The notes: generated by a model from the sequence alone, not told the origin. A stretch of 64,000 nt of DNA from Limisphaerales bacterium (GCA_024761205.1 JAMASS010000014.1:43792-107791); one strand, 5' to 3'. Positions 9,429 to 19,104 are shown, counted from the stretch's first letter. A program made the numbers and translations.

Positions 9429-10607
9429 ATGGGAATGTGGATCGGCCGGAATCGAAAAGCCCGCGTCACCTACGGATTTGACGAAATCGCCCTCGTGCCC
9501 GGCGAAATCACCATCAATCCCGACGAGGTGGACACCAGTTTTCGAATTCCCACGAAGGAAGGAGACGATATCGTCCTTAAAATACCGATTCTTGCAAGCG
9601 CGATGGACGGAGTCACTGATGTGCGCTTCTGCCAAGCCATGGGCAAATTGGGCGGCCTCGGCGTCATTAATCTTGAGGGCGTCCAAACCCGCTACGAAAA
9701 CCCGGCCGAGGTGCTAGCTCAAGTCGTCGGCGCGGACAAGGACAGCGTCACGTCATTAATCCAAAAACTCTATACGGAGCCGATCAAAGAAGTGCTTATC
9801 AGCCAACGCGTCAGCGAACTCAAAGAGGCCGGTGTCTTGGTCGCTGTGAGTTCGATTCCCCAAGAGGCGGAACGATATGGCGCCATTGCGCAAGAAGCCG
9901 GCGCGGATATTTTTGTCGTCCAATCGACGGTATCCACCGTTCGCCACCATTCGTCAAAGTACAAATCATTGGATCTGGCCGGCTTTTGCCGGGATATGAG
10001 GATCCCGGTCATCATCGGTAATGCTGTCACCTACAACGTCACACTCGAGCTAATGGAATGCGGCGTGGCTGGCGTTCTGATCGGCGTCGGACCGGGCGCC
10101 GCCTGTACCAGCCGCGGCGTTCTCGGCCTCGGCGTCCCCCAAGTCACCGCCACCGTCGATTGCGCCGCCGCCCGAGATTATTATCATAAAAAAACCAGCC
10201 GCTACGTGCCCATCATCACCGATGGCGGCATGAGCAAGGGCGGTGATGTTTGCAAGGCCCTCGCCTGCGGTGCCGACGCCGTTATGGTCGGCAGCGCCTT
10301 CGCTCGAGCCGAAGAAGCCCCCGGGCAGGGCACCCACTGGGGCATGGCCACGCCCCACGCCAACCTCCCCCGAGGCACCCGCATCAAGGTTGGCATCACC
10401 GGCACTCTTGAACAAATCCTCTTCGGCCCCGCCGAAGTCGATGACGGCTCGCAAAACCTTGTCGGCGCCATCACCACCTGCATGGGCAATGTAGGCGCCG
10501 CCAACATTCGCGAGTTTCAAGAAACCGAAATCATCATCGCACCCAGCATCAAGACCGAAGGCAAACTCTTCCAAACCGTTCAAAGTGTCGGCATGGGTGC
10601 CCGCTAG
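9429..10607 (+). CDS. GuaB3-type IMP dehydrogenase-related protein (no CBS insert)
   Basis: 392 aa with YGFDEIALVPG, ILASAMDGV, a VIIGN..TIM-barrel pattern and GGMSKGGDVCKALACGADAVMVGS. The length and missing CBS pair fit the GuaB3 family. Confidence 0.85.
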   Translation: MGMWIGRNRKARVTYGFDEIALVPGEITINPDEVDTSFRIPTKEGDDIVLKIPILASAMDGVTDVRFCQAMGKLGGLGVINLEGVQTRYENPAEVLAQVVGADKDSVTSLIQKLYTEPIKEVLISQRVSELKEAGVLVAVSSIPQEAERYGAIAQEAGADIFVVQSTVSTVRHHSSKYKSLDLAGFCRDMRIPVIIGNAVTYNVTLELMECGVAGVLIGVGPGAACTSRGVLGLGVPQVTATVDCAAARDYYHKKTSRYVPIITDGGMSKGGDVCKALACGADAVMVGSAFARAEEAPGQGTHWGMATPHANLPRGTRIKVGITGTLEQILFGPAEVDDGSQNLVGAITTCMGNVGAANIREFQETEIIIAPSIKTEGKLFQTVQSVGMGAR

Positions 10608-10775
10608 CGCCCGCGATTCATTCCTTCTCCAACGAAACAAAAAACCCACCCCGGAAGTTTTCCATTCGAGCGGGTGCTCATCCTCTTGGGAGCTGTTCTA
10701 ACAAAAAGGGCCGAGCCCCGAAAGACCCGGCCCTTTGACGGAATAAAGCGGAGGATTATCGAGGGGCAGCAAGGC

Positions 10776-11866
10776 TTAAGACCCGAGCCTTCGCCGCAAA
10801 TCTGTTGCCAAGTCCGACCAGTTTTGCAGGAAGTCCAGCACAGCCGTGCCGGCGTCGTATATCACGCCGTCGAGGTCTGCGAAGGCGCTCAGCATTGCGT
10901 GAACTATCATCAAAATCACCGCCACTCGCACTGTGGAGAGCGCTCCTCGGCGGTCCCTGACTCTTTCGGAGGACGATAAGTCTCCAGTCGAATCCAAAAG
11001 GAATTGGAGTTCTTCCCAGCGGCTTTGGCTCTTTCATGGGCCACCCCGTTTTACTTTGGCGAGCCGAGAGACTCGAACATCTCCTGCCCCTGTTGCTCCA
11101 CCCACATGAAACCAAGCACCCCTTTCTCAATGTATTCCTACATTTCCTTCCTTTGAGGTTCCAGCATCTAGTGCAGCCTCGGCCGCCATTCTTCCGGAGC
11201 AGCGTTCAGCGCGTGTTCCACGCCGCCTCCATCCATTCGTTCGTTCTCCGTTGCAACTCTCGCCGCGGCCTTCGTCATCCAGCACGAGGCGAAACTCCTC
11301 GCGAACCCGGTCGAACTCAGCCAGTTGCTCTGAGTATATTGAATCGGGGCAAAAAGAGAATCGAAGGCATCCGTTAGCGTCCGCCCTTCGTATTCGGGCG
11401 AAGTTCCCTCCTCCCCGCCGCCGCAAGGGACGGAATCCGTATACGGATTCGAGCTGCTCATTGGTTTTTCCGCAGACTGAAGAGTATTTGCCGCCGCAAG
11501 TTTTTTGATGTTCCGGCGGTTTTTCTCTATCTCGCTCCACACCGAGGTTTGCAGCTGATCCATATCTTCTTGCAACACCTTCGTGTTTTCGGACAACTCG
11601 GCCAAGTGTGTTTCCATCCCGCTCAAGCCCATCTCCAGACGCTGGTAAGCCCGCTTCAGCCCGTCTATGCCGGCCTCAAGATTCTGGCCAGTTCAGGTTG
11701 GCCACAGTGTTCGCGTAATACGCGCCGGAAAGAAGCATCGCCGTGACCAATATAGCAGACCAGATCGAAATATCGTCAAATCCGGTGGCCAGGCCCAGTC
11801 CGCCTATTGTGATTATCATCTGGGATTTCAAAGCGACGAAACCACTCGGAAGTTTCCGATTCATGC
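10776..11866 (-). pseudogene. possible decayed gene of unknown family (membrane N-terminus plus coiled-coil)
   Basis: Protein-like pieces lie in different minus-strand frames: MNRKLPSGFVALKSQMIITIGGLGLATGF..; NLEAGIDGLKRAYQRLEMGLSGMETHLAELSENTKVLQEDMDQL; DSIYSEQLAEFDRVREEF. No single frame stays open. Confidence 0.3.
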
Positions 11867-11869
11867 CCA

Positions 11870-12396
11870 GGTGACGTCGCAATATCTGACCCCTCAAGGA
11901 GTGCTTATTCACAAAGACATGCCGGTGGCATCCGGTCCGACGCAATTATTGCCCTACTCGCATCGATATCAGCTGGGACACTTAGCTTTCCGAGATTCCA
12001 ACTTTGCTCACTACTTCGCAGAACACCGCGCCCAGCTATCGCTCACCAAGGAAGATATCGTGTTCTTCAACCCAACCCTTTCCACGACGGATCGCATCGG
12101 CAATCTAGTCCCGCTCTCCTCGGCCTTTGGTCGTACGCTGGAAATCATCAACCGTTTCAAAATAATCGAGGCGGTCTACCCGGTGTTGTTGCAACAAAGA
12201 CAGCAATCGGAGACTCTGAGCGCGCTTGCCGCAAGACACCATTGCTGCGCTTGCCGCCGGCTACGCCTTCCCGACTAATCTCGATTCCGATCCCCCATTG
12301 GACGGAAATGCCCTCAAGACCCAGCAGTGGTTGATACATCAAGGTTTAGAAAGGCGTTGGTCTTGGCCCGAGCTTAAAGTAACTTCGCGCTTACGC
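11870..12396 (+). pseudogene. phytanoyl-CoA dioxygenase (PhyH)-like remnant
   Basis: GPTQLLPYSHRY..GHLAF, KEDIVFFNPTL and LSSAFGRTLE resemble the PhyH family. The N-terminus is missing and there is a frame change near 12240. Confidence 0.4.
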
Positions 12397-12432
12397 TGAA
12401 CGGCGAACCGCTCAAATCTTTTTTCGAATGCC

Positions 12433-13245
12433 ATGAACTCCGCGAAGTCAATCGCTCGGCAACTTTCTCTCGCCCTCGGAAACCTGGCATCACTGTGGTC
12501 GCTGACAACGCCCTCCTCCCAAGCCGGTGGCAGCGCAACTTCCCAACATCGTCCTCCTGATTGCGGATGACTTGAGCTACGAGGAATTAAGTCGCCAAGG
12601 CAATCCTGAGATCCCGACGCCCCACACCAACTCGCTTGCCAAGCAGAGGATTCGTTTCACACAGGACTACGAACCGGAATGTTCGGCAAATGGCACCTCG
12701 GACGGCACCGCCAAATACAATCCGATCCGGCGCGGCTTCGACGAATTCTTCGGCTTTCTGCACGAGGGCCACTACTTCATCCCGCCACCTTATCAGGGCG
12801 CAACGCCCCGGCTTCGTTGACAAGCGCTTCCCTGAAGCGGCGTGGGCCGATGGACCTCACCGGACGGGAAGCTGATTTATTCCACCACATGGGCCCTGCC
12901 GAACTAGACTACGATGCCGACAACGCCATCTAGCGCGCCGGACCACCGGTGGAGGAACGCCAGTATCTTACGGACGCCTTCACCCGGGAAGCGATTGATT
13001 TCATCCGACACAATCGCGCTAATCTCTTCTTTCTCTATGCTCCCTACAACACCGCTCACAGCCCGCTATAGGCGGCAGACACCCACACGAAACGCTTCGC
13101 CCACATTTCCGATATTCAGCGTCGTATCTTCGCCACGATGCTCTCCAACCTTGACGACAGCGCCGGGCCATACTCCACCCTGCCAATGGAACAACCTCGC
13201 GAGTCAGCATCCCGATCAGCTCAAGCACATGGTCTCTGCCTAGCT
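12433..13245 (+). pseudogene. sulfatase pseudogene (frameshifts, in-frame TAGs, internal deletions)
   Basis: Fragments PNIVLLIADDLSYEEL, FGKWHLG, RGFDEFFGFLHEGHYF, ERQYLTDAFTREAIDFIRHN..LFFLYAPYNTAHSPL*A and IFATMLSNLDDS lie in three frames. The remnant is much shorter than a full sulfatase. Confidence 0.7.
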
Positions 13246-13301
13246 GGCAGCGTTGAAACAGCGAGATGATCGATCCCAGTTTGGACGCCCCGTTGCTAGG
13301 G

Positions 13302-15515
13302 TTATTCTTGCGATAGAATCATGCCTTCGGATTCGCCATCCAGTTGGGCTCGAACAGATGCCGCCCGGGCTTCGATAAAACGCTTGATATTATTGACGGG
13401 CCGCACAGGACCTTCACCCCTCGGAGGCGGGGCGCCCCATTGGTCGCCAACGGCTTTCACAAAGCGACGATAACGAAATGCCGAATCGTGCTGCACCACA
13501 TCGTCAATGACACTGGCGATCGTATCAATTTGAGCGCCCAGTGCCTCCAAGCGAAACTCACTTGCCAAGAGAGACTCCAATTGCTCGCGATAAAGCTCCC
13601 GAAACGCCTCCAATTGGATCACCCTCTCCAACAACCGATGCTCGCCTGCCCAAGGATGCCAGATACTGGCTTGATCCCGAGCACTTGGCGTCCCAACGAA
13701 AGGAAAATCGCCCCAAGCATGATCGAGATCCCAAGGAATAAAACAGAACTGGTCCGTCTTCACATCGAGGTACATGTAGAAATTCTGACCGTTGGTCAGA
13801 AAGCCGTCGTAGCTCGCAATCAAAACCATTCCGGCCAAAAAACGTGCGAACTGGTCCAAATCCAAGAAGCCACTCACCCGGCGAGCAAACGTCTCATCGC
13901 CGTCATGAGTCAGACAATCCGCAAAGTCGATGACGCGTTGTTTTTGGGCATCCGTGGCGGTGGTTTTGAGATCGTATATCGCTTCGTACGCCACCCAATC
14001 CGGACCGAGATATCGAAACAAGTACGGGGTCACTGGTTTGAAGATGGGTGTTTTTTTGGTTCCAAATCGATCCTTCGCAAAATGCTGGTCCACGTTCTCC
14101 AGCATAAGGTACAACCCGCGAGGACTCGCTTCCTCCTGTCCCGTCACGCTCACCGTCATCCAAGCATAGGCTGTGCGCGGAGCGGCAACGCCGGCGGAGC
14201 GAAAGAAGGCGTATCCCAAGGCATCATGCATGTAGGTCGCATCCTCGACCATGTTGTTAAAGTTGATCTTGTCCAGGCCTTCCAACTTCTGATCCTCCCG
14301 AAATTTATTCAGGTCCACTTTGAACGATTGTTTGGAACCGTAAAGCGAGCTAATATAAGTCCCATTGCCCCGATAGCGCGCGGCGATCTGCGGGAAGGTC
14401 TCTCCGCCAAATTCCAGGTCCGCTTGTGTCCATTCAAACTCGATCCCCAGAACACCCGCCAACCCGCTTCGCTTGGCGTTCGGATTCCGCAGATTAATGG
14501 TCCCATCGCTTCCAATCAGCTTCATCGGACGAACTCGCTTGGGTTCAAGCCCTTTCCACTGCTCTGGAGAAAACGTAAGGTGCATTTGCCAGACATTGGT
14601 CAATTGAAACAAATCCGCCCGCCCCCGTCGCAGCGCGTTGACATACATTCCCTCTCCTGTCCAATCACGAGGAGGGAGAGCGAGAGCCGGCGCCTCCTTG
14701 AGCACCAGTCGCGAACCCCACGGCAAAAGCCAGGACATTAAGTAACCCGTCTCCCACGCCCAAATCATGCCCAACACCAGCGATGCCACCAAAAGCAAAC
14801 AGCAGGCGACTGCGGAAGCTCCCAGTTTCAGGCGCCGCTTCCAGTACAGCCACGACCAACTCTTGATCGTAAGCCTTGTCAAAGAAGACAGCCTCCCGCG
14901 CTTCAGCGAACGCTCGGCCAAGACCAAAGGATTTAAGTTCGAGGACTTCGGCAGGGATTCGCTCAAAAAAAATAGCGCCGAATCCAACCCTTCAGAATTG
15001 GCCGACAACCCTCGTTTGCAAGCCCGCTTCGCCAGCTTCCCTTGACCTCGCCTCAGCCGCTTCGCGACCCGCCGCCGCGAACAAGATAGTTGGCTCGCCG
15101 CGCGTTCCAAATCTCCCTCGTTTAGCGCCACGGCAACGAGCACATCACTATATTTCGGAGACAGCTCCACCAACGCTCGCAACCACAAACCGTGGTTGTG
15201 GGTTCCTTGAACCAGAGGATTCGGCTCACTCGGTGCCGATTCCTTGCGGGCATCCATTCGTAAGACCGCGTAAATCGTCGTCCGAACCAGCCAACCCGGC
15301 AAGTAGGTTCTCCGTGATAAACGTCGAAATCGACGCCCCAACACTTGAAAAGTGATCTCAGCGGCCAAAGCCGCTTTGCCCTCAGCCTCAAAATGAGCAT
15401 CGGCAACCCGGGTCACCAGAGGGAGATATTCCGCAACGATCCTTCCAAAAGACTCCACATTCCTCAGTCGGCGAAATTCAACAAGCAACTTTCGATCGGT
15501 CATAAGCACTCCCAA
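13302..15515 (-). CDS. ECF-sigma-like domain / TM helix / CotH kinase-family domain fusion protein
   Basis: 737-aa intact ORF. Residues ~15-86 are sigma-70 region-2-like and ~112-164 are region-4 HTH-like. A TM helix lies at ~231-254 (KRRLKLGASAVACCLLLVASLVLGMIWAW). The C-terminal ~450 aa is CotH-like (LYLMLENVDQHF, NFYMYLD, FIPWDLDHAWGDF). Confidence 0.85.
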   Translation of the reverse strand: MGVLMTDRKLLVEFRRLRNVESFGRIVAEYLPLVTRVADAHFEAEGKAALAAEITFQVLGRRFRRLSRRTYLPGWLVRTTIYAVLRMDARKESAPSEPNPLVQGTHNHGLWLRALVELSPKYSDVLVAVALNEGDLERAASQLSCSRRRVAKRLRRGQGKLAKRACKRGLSANSEGLDSALFFLSESLPKSSNLNPLVLAERSLKRGRLSSLTRLTIKSWSWLYWKRRLKLGASAVACCLLLVASLVLGMIWAWETGYLMSWLLPWGSRLVLKEAPALALPPRDWTGEGMYVNALRRGRADLFQLTNVWQMHLTFSPEQWKGLEPKRVRPMKLIGSDGTINLRNPNAKRSGLAGVLGIEFEWTQADLEFGGETFPQIAARYRGNGTYISSLYGSKQSFKVDLNKFREDQKLEGLDKINFNNMVEDATYMHDALGYAFFRSAGVAAPRTAYAWMTVSVTGQEEASPRGLYLMLENVDQHFAKDRFGTKKTPIFKPVTPYLFRYLGPDWVAYEAIYDLKTTATDAQKQRVIDFADCLTHDGDETFARRVSGFLDLDQFARFLAGMVLIASYDGFLTNGQNFYMYLDVKTDQFCFIPWDLDHAWGDFPFVGTPSARDQASIWHPWAGEHRLLERVIQLEAFRELYREQLESLLASEFRLEALGAQIDTIASVIDDVVQHDSAFRYRRFVKAVGDQWGAPPPRGEGPVRPVNNIKRFIEARAASVRAQLDGESEGMILSQE

Positions 15516-16100
15516 AATTCAACCATACAGACACCATTCTGACACACAATTATAACCTTTTAAGCTAGTTTGGAACCAGGCGCAGCTCAATTTTTGGAAA
15601 GCGATGATTTGGGCGGGGCGAGAAAAGAGGGGATACCAGAGGCCGTTGCGCTCACCGGCGTCCAGCCAAGGAATGCCCTCGGCTCCCCCGGGGAGGCTCC
15701 AGAATTGCCCCGGGCTTTTGAAGAGACATGGCTTTGCGTCCAGCCCGGAGACTGCCTTGGCGTCCGGCTAAGCAATCAATTGCCTACTCCCACAGGCATC
15801 GCCACATTCTCCCCAATCCGTCTTCGTGGGGCTTTCCCGGCTGCTTGGCGACCCCCTTCCCGGCGGGGCTCTGCTCAAGCAGCCTCTTCCCTCGCCACTA
15901 GCGGGCCTTGCGCAAAGCACTCGCTCCCGGCCGGCCACACTACCCCTTTTAGGATCAAGTCTTGCGGGTCGCGGGCCGTCCGCACGGAACGCGCGATTGA
16001 AGCTTCCCGGCATCGCGCCGGCGGATGGCTCCCCGAACCTTTTCGGGGAGAAGGGCGTCGCGCCCCGATGGTCCCGCTTTTGCCGTTTGGCGCGCGCCCT

Positions 16101-16418
16101 TCACAGAGCAGACGCTTGGCGGGCCATCCCATGACAGCTTTTTTCAGCACCAGCACTCGACAAGAGACAGTTCACGCTTTTTTCAATGACGCCGATAAAC
16201 CCTTCCTTGAGCTTGAGATGCTCCACGTCTCCGGTGTGAAGCATGGATGATGTTTGTGCCTGCGCCGGCCGCTTACTTGAACTCAGATTCTTCTCTCGCA
16301 ATTCCTTCCGCACGCCGGGCGCAAGGCGTTCACAAACGATGCCGTTGGTGTAACCTCCCATCACGGATGGCCGCTTTACCACCTTGTATTCATCAGTCAT
16401 CAAATGGGCCTTGTCCAC
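16101..16418 (-). pseudogene. phage-type P63C domain protein fragment
   Basis: GGYTNGIVCERLAPGVRKELREKN...HTGDVEHLKLKEGFIGVIE resembles the P63C domain C-terminal region. There is no N-terminal half, and it abuts an IS remnant. Confidence 0.45.
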
Positions 16419-16932
16419 TCATTCACGCCCAACAGCACGGAGAAGCCTTCCCTTGAGCTTGTCCCCGGCCGCCGGCCGATCACCGGTGTTTTATCGAGGA
16501 CACCCTCTCCCCGTTCGTTCGGCTGCCCCGGTGGTGGTGGCCTTTCCTTGGGCTTGCCGCCGAGATAGGTCTCATCCATATCCACGGTCCCGGAACGCAA
16601 CCGCTGATGATCCGTTTGGGGTGCATCGCTTGGTGCATCTGCATCGAGATACGCTCGGCGACGTTTTTGTTCACCTTCAAATCGGGCTAACTGCAAGCCC
16701 TTCTTGCCGCCCAAGATGAGCGAGACGGCCAAAACCTACTTGATGCAACGGCGGATTGACTGTGATGAAAGCCCTCCCCCATCGGGCTGCTCCCGAGGGG
16801 CGCACGCAATCCGCTTGCGTCGGAAACTGATTGAACCTGTCCGAGCCGCTCACAACCTGAAACCACTCGAATAGAATGATTCCAAAACAGCCAACACCTT
16901 CTAGGAAATTCCGCCGTGTAAAATGCTACCAA
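16400..16932 (-). mobile_element. IS1595-family transposase remnant (frameshifted, 3'-truncated)
   Basis: LILGGKKGLQLARF ... VDMDETYLGGKPK....KTPVIG matches the IS1595 transposase N-terminal half. It has frameshifts upstream and no DDE core downstream. Confidence 0.55.
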
Positions 16933-16970
16933 ACATCCCTCTCATTTCCCTCCGTCAAACGTTGTCAAGT

Positions 16971-17189
16971 TCAAGTCGATTTCAGCGTCCACGACTCCAT
17001 ACCCATACCATCAAAGTAATCGGGTTCGGATGAAGAGAACTTCATCAACTGATACTCAATTCTGCCGCCTCTGTGTATGGCAATATAGCTCCTATCAATA
17101 TCTTCCATGCTGATCCCTTTGCGAAGCAGGTCCTCCCTTGATGAAATTTTCCAAATTTTCGTCAGGTCTCCTTTAGAGAAAAATCGCAT
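16971..17189 (-). CDS. hypothetical small protein (72 aa) in an AT-rich islet
   Basis: ORF only. The local GC drop suggests foreign origin. No recognisable motif. Confidence 0.3.
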   Translation of the reverse strand: MRFFSKGDLTKIWKISSREDLLRKGISMEDIDRSYIAIHRGGRIEYQLMKFSSSEPDYFDGMGMESWTLKST

Positions 17190-17375
17190 CAGTTTGCATT
17201 GGAAACTTATTAACTTACGGATAAACTGAAACTATTAGTGGGTAAAACATCAGGATGATCGAAACAACTACCCCTATCACCATACGTCAACACACTCTTT
17301 CCCCCATCGAAGAAGCCTGCCCCTAGTGGCCAGCGTCAAAGCACGACAGGGTATATGTAGCGGAATGGAAATTCC

Positions 17376-17771
17376 TTACAACCGGAACAACCCCCCGATT
17401 CCTGTCTTGGCCAGTTCACTGAGAACCGCGTCAACGTCCTTGCAGGTCGCTAGAAGGCCGATCGAAATGGATTTTCGGAACTTATCGCAGCACTGACGAT
17501 CTCGCGAAATTCCGGCGTAAGTCTTTGCCAAGTGTTTGACTTGCGATGGTAGGCAGGGCGGTTGCAAGGGATGGGCAAGGACGCAAAATACTCGCGCGGC
17601 CAACCGATAATCTGCCCAGGTCGCTCGCCGTCTGTGGGCCGATGTTGCAGCCGGCTGTTTGGCCTCAGCCCAAACCACGGCCAATGCGTTCATCATCGTA
17701 ATGATATCCTCGTGGTCACACTGAGGATATCGTCCCCGAATCTGGTTGAGAAATCTGCGCGAACTTGCCAC
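17376..17771 (-). CDS. hypothetical protein (131 aa), possibly a gene remnant
   Basis: The ORF starts 24 nt downstream of the oxidoreductase gene on the same strand. The composition is rich in R, C and W, and no motif is recognised. Confidence 0.3.
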   Translation of the reverse strand: MASSRRFLNQIRGRYPQCDHEDIITMMNALAVVWAEAKQPAATSAHRRRATWADYRLAARVFCVLAHPLQPPCLPSQVKHLAKTYAGISRDRQCCDKFRKSISIGLLATCKDVDAVLSELAKTGIGGLFRL

Positions 17772-17795
17772 GGCTTGGCTAATCGACCCATGCAG

Positions 17796-18986
17796 TTATC
17801 GATTAAAGGATTGCACAAAATCCTCATCGGATACTTCCACTGCCTTCTTCTTGAACTTCGAATCGGTGATCAGTTGATTGAGCTTCGCCTCGAAAGCCGC
17901 GCTGTCCATGGGCATATCGACAATTTGATCAATGAGGCCCGAATACAGCATGGCGTTGGCAAGCTCCACCGAGTTCAAGCCACCCTCGCCAGGCGCGATC
18001 AGGGGTTCCTTGTCCAGAATAGCGTTAACGAAGTTCTGCATCAGGATGGCATGCGGAAACTCTGCATTTGTGATCGGAATGTCCACGTTCCAAACATCAG
18101 GCTTCATGAAGCCGATCTTCGAGGTTTTACTAAACTCGAGCATGCAACACTCGTTGCGCGTGAAGGTGAGTTTGTCATCTTCCAAAACCACCTTACCCCG
18201 CGTGCCTGCAATCTCAAACCGATTCGATCCAGGCGCTTCACCGGTCGAAGAAATAAAGACTCCAGTCGCCCCGTTGGCATACTCGAAATAGGCCGTGACA
18301 TTGTCTTCAACTTCAATGTTGTGAAATCGGCCCAACTGCACAAAGCTTCTGACCCTGGAAGGCATGCCGCATAACCACTGCATCGCATCCAACTGATGGA
18401 GGCATTGGTTCAAAAGAACGCCACCACCTTCGCCCTTCCACGTGGCCCGCCAACCTCCGCTCGCGTAGTAGGCCTCGGTGCGGTACCAGTCCGTGATGAT
18501 CCAATTGATACGAACGAGCTCACCCAACTCACCGGTCTCAATAATTTGCCGGATCTTGGCATAACGCGGCTCGGTTCGCAACTGAAACCCCCCAGCAAAC
18601 ACGACATCGGAATGCGCATTGCTCTTGGCAATCAAGCGTTCGGCATCCGCCTTGTGCGCCGAGATCGGCTTCTCCACCATGAGATGCACGCCGGCATCAA
18701 ACGCCACCATACCCAAGGTGGTGTGCTGATAATGCGGCGTCGCCACCACTACGGCATCGATCTCGCCCGACCGGATCAAGGCCTCGCCATCACTGTGAAT
18801 CGCCAGCGGCTTATAAGTCTCCAATTTGTGCGGAGACGGACTGCAAACGGCGACCAATTCGGCCCGCTTCACAGCCCCTTTTAACAAATAATCGGCGTGA
18901 TGCTTGCCCATGTTTCCCATGCCAATGATGCCAAGGCGCACTTTTTCCATACCACTGATTTTGCTCCGATCCCGCAAGAGATTCAA
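17796..18986 (-). CDS. Gfo/Idh/MocA family NAD(P)-dependent oxidoreductase
   Basis: Rossmann N-terminus VRLGIIGMGNMGKHHA, the EKP motif (MVEKPIS) and a C-terminal alpha/beta domain. The start may be Met13 (18950). Confidence 0.9.
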   Translation of the reverse strand: MNLLRDRSKISGMEKVRLGIIGMGNMGKHHADYLLKGAVKRAELVAVCSPSPHKLETYKPLAIHSDGEALIRSGEIDAVVVATPHYQHTTLGMVAFDAGVHLMVEKPISAHKADAERLIAKSNAHSDVVFAGGFQLRTEPRYAKIRQIIETGELGELVRINWIITDWYRTEAYYASGGWRATWKGEGGGVLLNQCLHQLDAMQWLCGMPSRVRSFVQLGRFHNIEVEDNVTAYFEYANGATGVFISSTGEAPGSNRFEIAGTRGKVVLEDDKLTFTRNECCMLEFSKTSKIGFMKPDVWNVDIPITNAEFPHAILMQNFVNAILDKEPLIAPGEGGLNSVELANAMLYSGLIDQIVDMPMDSAAFEAKLNQLITDSKFKKKAVEVSDEDFVQSFNR

Positions 18987-19104
18987 CTCATGAAAGTATC
19001 ACTCTGGCGTTTTAGACCAGGCAAGTCCAAACTAGCTTACGAGGGAGCTGCAGGTATCATTGAGAAGCGAGGCATCAGGAGCATTGGCAGTCTCAATGAG
19101 GAAA

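Noticed and set aside
10050-10649. 199-aa Gly/Ala-rich ORF on the minus strand
   Set aside because: It is antisense to the well-supported GuaB3-type gene. The same reasoning applies to 8083-8676(-), 17562-18374(+), 35024-35704(+), 39209-39814(+), 57696-58358(-), 4141-4767(+) and 62158-62625(-).
10640-10680. Hairpin plus T-run (minus strand) after the GuaB3-type gene
   Set aside because: Only about 5 bp pair cleanly and the loop is 17 nt. It may be the old terminator of the decayed minus-strand gene, but it is too weak to call.
11667-12278. 203-aa ORF taken as an intact gene
   Set aside because: Only the central part resembles a PhyH-type dioxygenase. The N-terminal part overlaps a minus-strand membrane-protein fragment, and the family continues in another frame after about 12240. 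It is treated as a pseudogene remnant.
6731-13245. Possible reassignment of TAG, because every clean in-frame stop I saw in the pseudogenes (dUTPase x3, sulfatase x2, AEC x1, S9 x1) is TAG
   Set aside because: TAG clearly terminates intact genes here (the GuaB3-type gene at 10605-10607 and the SorA-like gene at 43155-43157), and the same loci also carry frameshifts and deletions. Several of the TAG positions plausibly correspond to Gln. CAG to TAG transitions in decaying genes are therefore the simpler explanation.
13344-14741. 465-aa ORF on the plus strand
   Set aside because: It is entirely antisense to the CotH-domain region of the 737-aa gene. The composition is low-complexity and rich in R, P and Q with no family motifs, as expected for a shadow ORF in GC-biased coding DNA.
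15570-16250. 226-aa plus-strand ORF and overlapping ORFs in the GC-rich block
   Set aside because: Several overlapping frames are open on both strands, the composition is dominated by Arg, Pro, Gly and Ala, and no motifs are present. This looks like chance openness in GC-rich non-coding or decayed DNA. I also checked by eye for RNase P (GAGGAAAGTCCGGGC-type P4), tmRNA tag/ACCA-end and group II domain-5 signatures and found none.
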